Virus record (IMG/VR): IMGVR_UViG_3300024359_000004
DNA length: 64,000 nt
Source: an uncultured virus (IMG/VR IMGVR_UViG_3300024359_000004)
Taxonomy: Duplodnaviria > Heunggongvirae > Uroviricota > Caudoviricetes
Direction: 5' to 3' (one strand)
The notes below the pieces were generated by a model. The model searched no databases, was not told where the DNA came from, and saw nothing but the letters and a program-made list of their open reading frames with translations. Made by a program: the position numbers and the translations under genes. This document shows positions 19,889 to 30,833 of the stretch, piece by piece; positions within the stretch are counted from its first letter, which is position 1; each line of letters starts with the position of its first letter.

Positions 19889-20706
19889 TATTGAACCTTT
19901 ATCCTATATAATTGTACTTGTACCTCCCTTTGGTTATTTGAATTAACATTACTACTATAACCTTTATCTATGTAATATCTATACCCATCAACCTCTCTAG
20001 TTAATATATATTTTGTGTATAACCTATTGATAGGACCTGGTTCTATCAATTCGTTTATTGGTAATTCAACGTCTGTACTCATTAAATTATGTGCCTCACC
20101 AGTCTTAGCGTTTAAAAAACTTGCTCTCATATATATCTCTTTACCAACAGTTGGTAATACTTCGTCTTTAAAATAATATAAAAAGAAGCCTTCACCGTTC
20201 TTATCTCTATTTTTAAGTGAATCACCAAGTTTAAACTCTAAGTTTATATTGTTAGGGTCTTGTTCTGTTTCACCAATAAGTACCTTAGGGAATAGTGTTA
20301 TAAAAAATAATAAATTTTGTTTTGTATTAGAATCACTATCATAAAAATCTAACCTTAAAAATGTTTTAGTAAATGAATTTTTAAGGTTTTGTATATCTTC
20401 TAATACAAACTCAGCATTACCCCATGTAGTTGTTGCATAATAATCTTTGTTATCATCATATAAGTTAACCACATATGTTACATCATCAATTAGATTTTTG
20501 TCAATATTAATTGGTAAGAACTTTACTTTTTCATAATCAATTATTTCATTTATTGATTTCTTAACTTCAACATCAACAAATTCATTTTCAATAATCTCTG
20601 TTTGACCAGCTAAACCAGGGACTTGACTAGTAGGTAAGTTTATGTTGATACTACTATCATCATTTAATGGTCTAATTATTTTATACTTATTAACAAACAT
20701 CTTCAC
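19888..20706 (-). CDS. Putative structural protein
   Basis: 272-aa ORF overlapping both neighbours in the operon. Confidence 0.65.
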   Translation of the reverse strand: MKMFVNKYKIIRPLNDDSSININLPTSQVPGLAGQTEIIENEFVDVEVKKSINEIIDYEKVKFLPINIDKNLIDDVTYVVNLYDDNKDYYATTTWGNAEFVLEDIQNLKNSFTKTFLRLDFYDSDSNTKQNLLFFITLFPKVLIGETEQDPNNINLEFKLGDSLKNRDKNGEGFFLYYFKDEVLPTVGKEIYMRASFLNAKTGEAHNLMSTDVELPINELIEPGPINRLYTKYILTREVDGYRYYIDKGYSSNVNSNNQREVQVQLYRIKVQ

Positions 20707-22417
20707 TATTTTTAGTTATAAACTTATCTGTTATTCTTTCACCTCTTGGGTCTGCTGGGTCATCTTTATCAGAATCACCCCCATAATACAACCCATATAA
20801 GTTAAATGGGTCTTGTCTTTTCATAACAAAACATATGTTATCATAAATATAATGAGAATTGTTTGTGAAAGGATATTCTAATGTTTCACCATTAGCTAAT
20901 GAAGCACCAATCGTTAATAAATCTCTCCAAATATACTTACCACCATTTAACTCTTCAGAATAATCTGGTATATTACCAGTAGTAGCTGTATACCCTTGCT
21001 CTATGAAACTAGAATAAAGTCTTATAGGTATTTCATAATGTGGTTTATACATGTACCCTTCTCTTCTAGGTCCCTTTGCTAATGTATTACTTTGTGTACT
21101 ACTATCTCTTTTACTAGTGTTAAATCTATGTAACACATCACTAAGAATATTCTCAACTAATTCAGTCTTATTATATTCAACAACATCACCGTAAAACTCA
21201 GTATCTGCTGATAGGTCCCCCATCTTTACATCTGGGTTTAATGGTGTGTGTGTTGTAAATGGTGTGGAACTACCATTATGTATTCTCCTTATATTAGATA
21301 ACTTTATATCATTTAAGTTCCCAGATAGATATTCTAAGTCTAAACCAGATTTAATTTTTGACATAAAGTTATCATCTCTAGTCTTAACAATCGTTAAATA
21401 TAATTCACTTAATGGTCTACCTAAATTATCTTTAAGGTCAGATATATCAACTTCTTTATTAAATGTTACTTGATAATTTTGGTCATTAAATATTGTGTTA
21501 CTAAAAGCCAATGGGTCTATAGAATAATCTATATCAGTAAATTTTTTAAACTTTCTTAAATAATACTCAGATTCATATCCATTCACATATCTAACCATTC
21601 TACCAGATATGGTGTTAGTGGTGATAACGGTTGGGTCTACATCTATTGCAAAATAATTTTCTTTATAATCACCATTATCTAACCCAACCCTCTTAACAGT
21701 AAATTCACCGTTTAATTGGTTATCACTCATAGCGCTAATTCTAACTTTTTCACCAGTACTTAATCCATGTCTTGTTGCGGTACCTAACGCAACCATTGAT
21801 TTACCACCAACTTCAACCTCTTCAATATTAACGATTAATAAACCGTCTTTAACTATATGGTGTTGGTCATCAATGCTTGATGGATAAGTAATACATATAT
21901 CCCAATTCTTTTTAGTATTTGAATTTAAATCAAACCTTTTTTTTGTTGGTTCGATATTAAAAAATTTTTTAATACCTGGTTTAGTTATATCTGGGTCTAT
22001 AAACCCAAACCAACCATCTCTTTCTATTAAATTTTCATTTACAGATTCAAGATAATTTAGTTTTTTATACTTTGAATCAAATTGTTCATTAGAATACGCA
22101 TTTCTTTTAAAAGTGTCTTGGTCGAATATATCAAGTCCATTACCATTTTCACTACCCCCATTATCAGAATCCCAGTTTGTGGTACCCGCTGGGTTCATTA
22201 ATACGTTACTAAAAAGTGGGTTAATAGTAAAAATAAAACGATATCTAGTACATAAATTTCTTTCAATATTAAGTTGTTCACCTACATTAAGAACATAGTT
22301 TATCTCACCTGGTGGTAATTCTTTGTCATTAGCAACAAAGTTTACATTTGTGAATGTATTTATATTCACATCACTCTTAGATTTACTACTATTTAAATTA
22401 ATCTTCTTCCTTTCCAT
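20690..22417 (-). CDS. Putative baseplate structural protein
   Basis: 575-aa ORF. HGLSTGEKVRIS...LNGEFTV is a beta module seen in tail proteins. Confidence 0.6.
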   Translation of the reverse strand: MERKKINLNSSKSKSDVNINTFTNVNFVANDKELPPGEINYVLNVGEQLNIERNLCTRYRFIFTINPLFSNVLMNPAGTTNWDSDNGGSENGNGLDIFDQDTFKRNAYSNEQFDSKYKKLNYLESVNENLIERDGWFGFIDPDITKPGIKKFFNIEPTKKRFDLNSNTKKNWDICITYPSSIDDQHHIVKDGLLIVNIEEVEVGGKSMVALGTATRHGLSTGEKVRISAMSDNQLNGEFTVKRVGLDNGDYKENYFAIDVDPTVITTNTISGRMVRYVNGYESEYYLRKFKKFTDIDYSIDPLAFSNTIFNDQNYQVTFNKEVDISDLKDNLGRPLSELYLTIVKTRDDNFMSKIKSGLDLEYLSGNLNDIKLSNIRRIHNGSSTPFTTHTPLNPDVKMGDLSADTEFYGDVVEYNKTELVENILSDVLHRFNTSKRDSSTQSNTLAKGPRREGYMYKPHYEIPIRLYSSFIEQGYTATTGNIPDYSEELNGGKYIWRDLLTIGASLANGETLEYPFTNNSHYIYDNICFVMKRQDPFNLYGLYYGGDSDKDDPADPRGERITDKFITKNSEDVC

Positions 22418-25400
22418 TATGGTAAATTAATATATTGCTCTTTATTACAGCCATTATCATCTGTAATATCTATAACAGCAGCATTAACACCTTGTTTACT
22501 TAAAGATATTAGTTCTATAAAAGTATGTGAACCAGCACTAATATCATTTAATTCATCTATTGGTGCATCAGAAGGGTTAGTTATATAATCATAGTCATAT
22601 AAATCAACATAATATGGTGGTGTACCACCATTAATTGTGAATGAAACTTCATATCCAGTACTTCCAGAGATAACTGAGGGTGTTATAGTAATAGCTGGTG
22701 GTTCGGTTATTGTAAACCCTTCTGTAACTGATTGGTTTAACGAGTCAGTATATGTAACTTCGTAATCACCAGCATATAAATTAAATATTTGAGTATCACC
22801 TGTTAGTATGATACTTCCATTTGAGTCTTTCCATTCAATTGTTGAGTCTCCAGTACCACTACCATCTTGTGGATAAAGCGTTGCTGAACCTGTTTGGTTA
22901 AAACACGTTGGTGATTCACCTGAAACAGTTATACTAGGTAAGTCTGGTTCAGAAAATGATACTAATTCTTCACATTGTGTTTGTATTATACCATTATCTT
23001 TAACAACAACTTTATAATCACCAACACCTATATTAGAAAAAGTTGTACCCATTGCTACTGTTGTTGTGTTATTAATAAGGTTATTTGTGTCGTTATCATA
23101 TAATTCATATGTGTACCCTGGCACACCACCTTCAACATCAATTATTATTTTACCATCATCTTCACCGTTTTTTGTTATAGGTTCAATTGTTACGTTACAT
23201 TGAACACCAGTAGGTCCGCTTACTTGAAATGAACATTCTATTACATTACCGACATTATCAGTAGTTTTAAGGTTATATGTTCCAGAATACAATTCAGTTA
23301 TTGTTGTAATTCTACCGTTATTATTTATATTATTACTAAGTGGGTATTGTTGACCACCAAATGTTGGTCCATTCCATTCATAAGTTAATGGTTCAACACC
23401 ACCAATAATTTCAACCTCAAGTGCACCTGTTGGATTATTACCATCATCATCTGCTATTGAGTATTCTAGTTGGCATTGGAAGTTATCATCAACTTCCTTA
23501 ATACAAGGTGTCAAAAATTCTTTATTTAACTTAGTTAGTGCAGTATTATTAGACCTTAAACCAAAATAAAAATAATATGAGTTTTCGTATTGCCAAATAG
23601 AGTCACTATCGTCTGGGAAAACTCTAAAACTTCGATAGTTTTCATCATTGTAGTCGCTACTACTGCTACCATCAGCGGCTAGACTACCACTATCAATATA
23701 AACTAGAGGTACACTTGTACTCCCAGTTGAATTTAAATAAGAAAAAAGACCTCTAACAAATGGGTTTTCAACATCTTGATTATTTATTTTACCGTTTATT
23801 GGTCCTTTACCTTCATCTTCTCTATTTTCATCAAGACCCATACCTAATTCACATAATCTTTTCACATTATTACAATTTCTATAGTCACCCTTTAGGTAAA
23901 TTCCTATTGGAAATAGATACCCAAATTTAAATAATAATGTTTCACTATCACTAATACCAGAAGTTTCTATTGTAAAATCTACTTTTTCATCAAGTAATGG
24001 TGGTATATTAAATGTCGTGTCAACTAAAAATCTAGACATCTGTGGTTTACCTTCCCAGTCATATTTATTTATGGAACCTAAATTAATAATATCTGTAGCA
24101 AACAACTTATATTTACTGTGCTTTGAGTGTGATGCATAATATAATTCACTATCAGGGGTTCTCTTTATATACCCTTCTTTTATCTTTTCTGCTCCACCAT
24201 CACCAAAACTACTTAATGAATCAATATTACTAAAATTAAATTGTTCGGGTGATTGTGGGCAACTATCAATAATAAAATTATTTTTACATTTATTATCTAT
24301 TTCACTATCATCATTGTAGTCGCCTAAATCTATATTACCACATTCTATGTCACAAAATTTTTCACCATTACTTTTATATTTATACTGTAATAAGAATAAA
24401 TATAGAGAACCGTTAACCCAGTCATTATAAAAATCAAGTTTAAACATGTTTAAAGAATCTGCAAGACTAACAGCAGAACATCTTAAATATTCACCTACTA
24501 TAATAGAACCATTTTCACCACAGGCTTTAGTACAATCAATCTTTTGACCAGCTTCATTATTTAGCTGGTAACAGTAGATTTTATTTGGGTCATCCTCACT
24601 CCCTGGGTCTCCATTGGCGAGCGACCATATAAAATATTTTACATTACCACAGCTTAATTTAAAGTAAGGGATTAAAGAATCAGCTTGATATTTTTTACAG
24701 GCTTTTTTATCACAATCACTACAATCCAAATTTGGATTATTACATAAATCACTTTTATCGATATCTGATAAATCAGCATCTAAATCTTCATAATAAGCTT
24801 TAGCACAATCAATATCAGTTTGATTTTCATCTTTTTGATATAATTTATAACACCTACAAGCAGCTCTCTTTTTCTTATTAGTTGGCCACTGTATTAAACA
24901 ACCTAATTTTTGTATTCCCCAAACTGCCTTAACTAATGGGGTTAATATAAGGTTTAATAAATATATTACCGACCTATTTAGTATCCAAACAATAGTAGTT
25001 ATAGTGCTTAGTATTGCCAATAAAAAAAACGCTAAAACATCTACATTAACATCAATTCTATTAAATGGGAATGGACTGTTACTCCCTGGGTCATCGGTAA
25101 CTTTAATACCAATAAAATTTCTATTATCAATCTGCTTATTTGGTTGAACTCTAGTTATTAGATTTTTAACACTATATAGTTTATTCCAAGATAATTCTGT
25201 AAAACTTTCATCTTTGGTTGTACTATCAAAAGTATAATCAGCCTCTTGATGTGATTCTGGGTTGTTTGGTATCAAGAATTTAGCTCTTCTCCTTAATTTA
25301 CCTTCTGTTCCTGAAACATCCATACCGATTCTAAACCTAACTTTTGATTTGGTAGGTATACCAATCTTAGGGTTATTAGAAGGAACTAATTCTCCAGATT

Positions 25401-26403
25401 CAGACGTTACCTTATATTCTAAGTTCATTGGTATCTGATAACACCAAACACCATTTTCATCAATAACCCTACCACCTTCAACATCATACCTTTCTATAGA
25501 CCCTGTAGGTGTTTTCCTAATCATTTCAATTTTACCTGGACCAGTTGTTAATTCGTCCATTTTACCTAAATTTTTTCTAGGTCTACAATTCTTATTGACA
25601 CTATTTTTTTCGCTGTCTGTAATAACAGAGCCCATAAATATAGCTACAGGGTTTATGTTTGTTAATAAATCAACATCAAGCCTTGTTATACCAATTTCAA
25701 ATTGTTCTTCATCACCCCAAAATGGTATTACATTAACAGAAACTGGTGATACTTTTTTTAATTGCACTGGTGTTACGGTTTCTTCTGTATTTTTAAATTG
25801 ACTAGGTGATTTGAATAAGTTTTCATTTGACCCTTCACTAATTAAATTATACGGTTTTTGACTTAAGAAACCTATGTCAGATAAATCAGCTTCAACATGT
25901 AGGTTATACGAACCAACTGGAATACCAAAAATCATATAGTCACCAGAATCGTTTGTTGTAGTTGTAAACTTATAATATTTACAATAAATCATTTCACTTT
26001 CTGGGTTATCTTGTATTTGTCTTTTTGATTCAAATCTACCTACCGTAGAATAACATTCGTCCTTACCTACATTGTTTGATGGTAAAAGACTATAAGGTAA
26101 ACCTTCATCATCCTTATCAGTCACAACTTCAAATGGGTATAAACCAAATATTTCTGGGTCTAGTTTATCTTCTTCATCTATCGGTATAAAAATAGATACT
26201 TTAGCGTTAGGTACTCCAACACCATTATTAACTATTACTCTACCAATAACAACACCATAGTCAGAACTAAACCTTCTATAGGTTTCATCTTGGGATATTT
26301 TTAACGACAAAACCTCAATAAAGTCAAAGTCTTGATTTATTGAGATATTAATATTTTGATTTACACCTCCTGGTGTTGTTCTTAACCTGATATTATTAGA
26401 CAT
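22417..26403 (-). CDS. Large multidomain protein: N-terminal CnaB/carboxypeptidase-regulatory-like domain, hydrophobic segment, Cys-rich region, C-terminal SprB-like repeats
   Basis: GRVIVNNGVGVPNAKVSI...TTTNDSGDYMI; VLAFFLLAILSTITTIVWIL; GGVEPLTYEW, GGVPGYTY, GGTPPY, LYAGDYEVTYTD and ITDDNGC. Confidence 0.7.
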   Translation of the reverse strand: MSNNIRLRTTPGGVNQNINISINQDFDFIEVLSLKISQDETYRRFSSDYGVVIGRVIVNNGVGVPNAKVSIFIPIDEEDKLDPEIFGLYPFEVVTDKDDEGLPYSLLPSNNVGKDECYSTVGRFESKRQIQDNPESEMIYCKYYKFTTTTNDSGDYMIFGIPVGSYNLHVEADLSDIGFLSQKPYNLISEGSNENLFKSPSQFKNTEETVTPVQLKKVSPVSVNVIPFWGDEEQFEIGITRLDVDLLTNINPVAIFMGSVITDSEKNSVNKNCRPRKNLGKMDELTTGPGKIEMIRKTPTGSIERYDVEGGRVIDENGVWCYQIPMNLEYKVTSESGELVPSNNPKIGIPTKSKVRFRIGMDVSGTEGKLRRRAKFLIPNNPESHQEADYTFDSTTKDESFTELSWNKLYSVKNLITRVQPNKQIDNRNFIGIKVTDDPGSNSPFPFNRIDVNVDVLAFFLLAILSTITTIVWILNRSVIYLLNLILTPLVKAVWGIQKLGCLIQWPTNKKKRAACRCYKLYQKDENQTDIDCAKAYYEDLDADLSDIDKSDLCNNPNLDCSDCDKKACKKYQADSLIPYFKLSCGNVKYFIWSLANGDPGSEDDPNKIYCYQLNNEAGQKIDCTKACGENGSIIVGEYLRCSAVSLADSLNMFKLDFYNDWVNGSLYLFLLQYKYKSNGEKFCDIECGNIDLGDYNDDSEIDNKCKNNFIIDSCPQSPEQFNFSNIDSLSSFGDGGAEKIKEGYIKRTPDSELYYASHSKHSKYKLFATDIINLGSINKYDWEGKPQMSRFLVDTTFNIPPLLDEKVDFTIETSGISDSETLLFKFGYLFPIGIYLKGDYRNCNNVKRLCELGMGLDENREDEGKGPINGKINNQDVENPFVRGLFSYLNSTGSTSVPLVYIDSGSLAADGSSSSDYNDENYRSFRVFPDDSDSIWQYENSYYFYFGLRSNNTALTKLNKEFLTPCIKEVDDNFQCQLEYSIADDDGNNPTGALEVEIIGGVEPLTYEWNGPTFGGQQYPLSNNINNNGRITTITELYSGTYNLKTTDNVGNVIECSFQVSGPTGVQCNVTIEPITKNGEDDGKIIIDVEGGVPGYTYELYDNDTNNLINNTTTVAMGTTFSNIGVGDYKVVVKDNGIIQTQCEELVSFSEPDLPSITVSGESPTCFNQTGSATLYPQDGSGTGDSTIEWKDSNGSIILTGDTQIFNLYAGDYEVTYTDSLNQSVTEGFTITEPPAITITPSVISGSTGYEVSFTINGGTPPYYVDLYDYDYITNPSDAPIDELNDISAGSHTFIELISLSKQGVNAAVIDITDDNGCNKEQYINLP

Positions 26404-26405
26404 AT

Positions 26406-26762
26406 TTAACTTTTAACATCATCCACATATAACAATTCGATTTCAGATTCATCTAATACACCATCGTCATCATCATCATCATCATCATCATCATCGTGTT
26501 CATCTTCTTTATTTTTTTTCTTAAACATATTAGTTAGTTTTGATATGTCTTTAGCAACATCCATAATACCGTTACTGAATGATACCTTAATTGACATATA
26601 CAAACCAATAGGTATTGCTAATACTGTAATAATAGCAAATAAAAAAACTGATAATAAAATTCTTAAAACAAAATGTGTTACTTTGGTTATAGGACCTCTT
26701 TCAATCTTTAACTCATTTAAACTAGTAACACTATTATTCTTATTTTTACAATTACAACCCAT
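26406..26762 (-). CDS. Small membrane protein with an MGCNCK N-terminus and poly-Asp tail
   Basis: Hydrophobic ILLSVFLFAIITVLAIPIGLYM segment and a GAT/GAC codon run. Confidence 0.75.
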   Translation of the reverse strand: MGCNCKNKNNSVTSLNELKIERGPITKVTHFVLRILLSVFLFAIITVLAIPIGLYMSIKVSFSNGIMDVAKDISKLTNMFKKKNKEDEHDDDDDDDDDDDGVLDESEIELLYVDDVKS

Positions 26763-26824
26763 AACTTAATTTTTATACCTTAATTATAACAATATTTAAC
26801 CAAAAGTGAATAATACCGTATGAT

Positions 26825-28642
26825 TTACTTTACCCTTATTTTCACGTCAGTTTCTGGATATTTTATCTCAAACATACCTATTGGGTCACCGAAAAGTGTG
26901 TATTCACCCAATAAATCTATTTGTCTTGTTGCATCATCAATGTATGGTTGTGGTATCTCATTTGATGAGTATTTACCTTGACCAACCTTATTATAAACTC
27001 TAAGGTCAACAACATTTAAAACACCAGGAACATTATTAATATCCTCAATTAGTTGAGCTAAATAAATGTTATCACCCATACCCCACTTATTTATATCAAA
27101 ATAACTTGTTATCGTTGATATAGCTTGAGTTATTATTTCTGATTGTGAAAACTGCTTATCAACAAATAAATCAACTTCAAATCCTAAATTATATACTCTA
27201 CCATTATCAACTTCAACATAATCATTAAGCATTCTATAATCAGATAAATATGTTGCTATATTTCTCTTAAGTGTTGTTGTTGATGTTGTACTTAATTTTG
27301 AACCGCTATCAAGAGTTAATGTATATATTTTAACCTTATTTTGTTCTTCGATAACATTATTTCTAAAAGGAATTCCAAATTCACCTGGCATTAATGCTAT
27401 TCTTGTTTTATAATCTTCAATAGTTACACATCTTTCTTGAGATGCGAAATTATATCTAACTAAGTTTCTTAATTCTTCAATACTAGGTTCATCTTTACCA
27501 CCTAAAGCTGGTAACGGGTTATTTACTTTCAATGAATTAATTACTTGTTGGTTTATTGTAGTATTTGACCCATTAACAAACATTTCTTTTTTAGTTACAG
27601 TAGATATTGTGTTAGGTCCAACATTAGTGTCTGAACCACCACCAACTCTATAAGAAATAAACATGGTTTTATTAGCACTAAGTGTAAGCCCTAACGCTGT
27701 ATTATTAATAAAATCACCAATTCTATCAACCAACTGCTTATTTACGTCAAAATCACACAATGATGAAATATCTTCAGTACCACCACCAAAAATTATCTTA
27801 GTAAAACCATTATCTGTATATTCTCTTATAAATCTTTGGTCTATTCTTTTAAATTTACCTGGTTTTACTGTTGAATTATCACTTAATTTTGTATTATCTG
27901 GCACAAAAATTAAATCATCAGCTAATGCGTTAACCTCATACCATCTAAGGTCTTCATTGTAAAATTGACCTGTACTAGGTGTGGTTGTATAGTTTGTACC
28001 ATCTAGCGTTATGATTGAATTAATAGATAAAACATTATCATCTGGTAAAACAACCTCAAAGAATGGTCTAACATCAGCGGCACTTATAGTTCTACTGAAT
28101 ATCTTAGTTATACCATTATAAACCATTTCCCTCTTTGTAATAGTATAATTTATTATGTTATCATTATTATCTAAATTAGGTACTACGAGTCTATTTGGTA
28201 TTCCTCCAGTTGTAAATGGAGATGAGAAATCAATTTCTTCCATTGTTTCGAATATCTTACCAGCACCACTAACTTGAGCCCCAATAGATAATACTGGACA
28301 ATAAGAAATATCAAACGTATCACCAAGTACTGGCACTGTTACTGAAAAGTCTACTATAGTTACTGACGGTTTCTTACCTGGGACTCTTAACCCAAAAGTT
28401 CTAGCCATAGCTAGTAATGAATTTCTTTCTTGAGCAAAATCGATTTGTGTCTCTTGGAACATTCTGTCAGTATGGAATGATAACATATCACCAACAGCAG
28501 CATTTAATTCTAAAAGCATCATACCAACTGACGCATCATTAAAATCATTAAAAATATCTGGGTAATATTCTCTTACAAAATTAACTAATTCTGTTCTTAC
28601 ATCAGCAAAGTTTCTACTATAATAATTTATTTTACGTGCCAT
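26825..28642 (-). CDS. Baseplate wedge subunit (T4 gp6/baseplate J-like)
   Basis: RNFADVRTEL, LLELNAAVGDMLSF, YRVGGG, GGKDEPSIEELR and QERCVTIEDY. Likely start MARKINY at 28642. Confidence 0.9.
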   Translation of the reverse strand: MARKINYYSRNFADVRTELVNFVREYYPDIFNDFNDASVGMMLLELNAAVGDMLSFHTDRMFQETQIDFAQERNSLLAMARTFGLRVPGKKPSVTIVDFSVTVPVLGDTFDISYCPVLSIGAQVSGAGKIFETMEEIDFSSPFTTGGIPNRLVVPNLDNNDNIINYTITKREMVYNGITKIFSRTISAADVRPFFEVVLPDDNVLSINSIITLDGTNYTTTPSTGQFYNEDLRWYEVNALADDLIFVPDNTKLSDNSTVKPGKFKRIDQRFIREYTDNGFTKIIFGGGTEDISSLCDFDVNKQLVDRIGDFINNTALGLTLSANKTMFISYRVGGGSDTNVGPNTISTVTKKEMFVNGSNTTINQQVINSLKVNNPLPALGGKDEPSIEELRNLVRYNFASQERCVTIEDYKTRIALMPGEFGIPFRNNVIEEQNKVKIYTLTLDSGSKLSTTSTTTLKRNIATYLSDYRMLNDYVEVDNGRVYNLGFEVDLFVDKQFSQSEIITQAISTITSYFDINKWGMGDNIYLAQLIEDINNVPGVLNVVDLRVYNKVGQGKYSSNEIPQPYIDDATRQIDLLGEYTLFGDPIGMFEIKYPETDVKIRVK

Positions 28643-28681
28643 AACATTTCTTTTTACAATAAATATCAATATAACGATAAA

Positions 28682-28713
28682 TTTGTAAAAATAAATATTT
28701 TTAATTATATTTG
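28682..28713 (+). promoter_or_regulatory. Bacteroidota sigma70-type promoter
   Basis: TTTG-N20-TATATTTG upstream of the endonuclease gene. Confidence 0.75.
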
Positions 28714-28747
28714 TTAATAGTTATAAGTACGTAACATTAGGAATGAT

Positions 28748-30373
28748 ATGAAAAAAAAGTCTCAGGAAGAATTTATTAAGGAAATTATGAATATCCATAG
28801 TGATAAGTATGATTATTCAAAAGTTAAATATATAAATAACAATACTAACGTTATTGTTATATGTCCAGAGCATGGTGAATTTTTAAAAAAACCAATACAC
28901 TTGATTAATAGGGGACAAGGTTGTCCTTTATGTTCAAGAGATGAGATAAGTTCTAAACAAAGAATGGGTTTAAATAATTTTATAACCAAAGCTAAAGAAA
29001 TACATGGTGATAAGTATGATTATTCTTTAGTTAATTATAAAAATAATAGAACTAAGGTTAAGATTGTGTGTCCAGAACATGGTGAGTTTGAGCAATTACC
29101 AACTAATCATTTAAGAGGTAAAGGGTGTAAGTATTGTGGTGGAACTAGTAAAATGGATACAAAACTTTTCATAATTAAGGCTAAAGAAATACATGGGGAT
29201 AAATATGATTACTCTTTAGTTAATTATAAAGTAAGTAGAGACCCAGTAACCATAATATGTTCAGAACATGGTGAGTTTGAACAAACACCTAATAATCATT
29301 TATCTAAGGGTCAAGGTTGTCCAAAATGTTTAGGTAAGATAATTGACACTGAAACTTTTATTAATAAAGCTAAGGTTATTCATGGAGATAAATATGATTA
29401 CTCTAAGGTAGAGTATTCTAGTCAATTTGAAAAAATTAAAATAATCTGTCCAGAACATGGTGAAATTAACGTAACACCTCATTATCATATAAATGGGTTT
29501 GGTTGTAAATCTTGTTCTAATAGTTTGTCTTTATTAGAAAAGTCTATACATTCTTTTATAACTGATTTAAAAATTAATTGTATTGAAAATGATAAAGCAG
29601 TGCTTAACGGTAAAGAGTTAGACATATATATACCATCACATAAGGTAGCCATTGAATTTAATGGTCTTTATTGGCATTCTAATTTATTTGTTGATAATGA
29701 CTATCATTTAAATAAAACTGAAGAATGTGAGAAGTTAGGTATTCAACTTGTTCATATATTTGAAGATGAATGGCTCCATAATGAAGGTATTGTTAAATCT
29801 AGAATTAAGAATATACTAGGTCTTACTAAAAATAAATTTTATGCTAGAAAGTGTGAAATTAAGGAAGTACCAGTAAAGGTTAAAACTAAATTCTTAAATG
29901 ATAATCACATACAAGGTGCCATTGGTAGTAAAGTAAATTTAGGTTTGTATCATAATGATGAATTACTATCTATTATGACTTTTGGTAAAAGACCTATATT
30001 AAATTCGTTAGAATTTGAATTATTAAGGTTTTGTAATAAATTAGATACAAGTGTTGTTGGTGGTGCTTCTAAGTTACTTAAACACTTTATTAAACATTAT
30101 CAACCGAAAGAAATAATAAGTTATGCTGATAGAAGGTGGAGTCAAGGTAATATGTATGAACAGTTAAAATTTAAGTTTATTGAAAATACACAACCTAATT
30201 GGTTTGTAGTTAAAGGTAAATATAGAGAAAATAGAGTTAATTATCAAAAACACAGGTTAGTTGAAATGGGTTATGATAAAAATAAAACAGCTAACCAAAT
30301 ACTTAATGAAAATAATATGTATAAAATATATGATTGTGGAACTAAAAAATTTACTTTATATTTACAATATTAA
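28748..30373 (+). mobile_element. Free-standing homing-endonuclease-like gene: four Zn-ribbon (DUF723-like) repeats, Vsr-like/PD-(D/E)XK nuclease, C-terminal Mom/GNAT-like domain
   Basis: Four repeats of H(G/S)DKYDYS.V.Y...C(P/S)EHGE...GCxxC, then ELDIYIP...AIEFNGLYWH and ELLRFC...GGASKLL...ISYADRRWSQG. Inserted inverted between the gp6-like and gp25-like genes. Confidence 0.8.
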
Positions 30374-30378
30374 TTTTT

Positions 30379-30768
30379 TTAAATCTCTATAATGATAAAG
30401 TTTGTTTCTTGGAAAACACCCTCTGTAACTGTATAATCAATCCTAACCTTAGCAGCGTGTTCACTTCTTTCGCTTTGTTCAACACTAACTTCGTTTATTT
30501 GTAGGTTAGGTAAGTATTTTTTCACTGTTTCAGTTATTTCATTTTTTATATCGTTTCTAGTTAATGTATCGTTTGGTTCAAATATGTATTTTAATAAATT
30601 AGTTCCGAAGTCTGGCATATAAAGTCTTTCACCTTTCTTAGTTAGGATTAAATGCATTAGGTCTGACTTAATAGCCTTACTATCTTCATTATTTAATAAT
30701 ATGAAATCACCTCTATTACTTTCTTTAAATGGAAATGCTATATTTATAAACTTACCTTTTTGAGCCAT
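30379..30768 (-). CDS. Baseplate wedge subunit, gp25/gpW-like
   Basis: IKSDLMHLILTKKGERLYMPDFGTNLLKYIFEP is the gp25 family signature. Confidence 0.92.
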   Translation of the reverse strand: MAQKGKFINIAFPFKESNRGDFILLNNEDSKAIKSDLMHLILTKKGERLYMPDFGTNLLKYIFEPNDTLTRNDIKNEITETVKKYLPNLQINEVSVEQSERSEHAAKVRIDYTVTEGVFQETNFIIIEI

Positions 30769-30833
30769 AACAATTACTTTATAGATAAATATGATAATAA
30801 AAATTTTTGAAAAATAAATAGAACTATAAAAAC

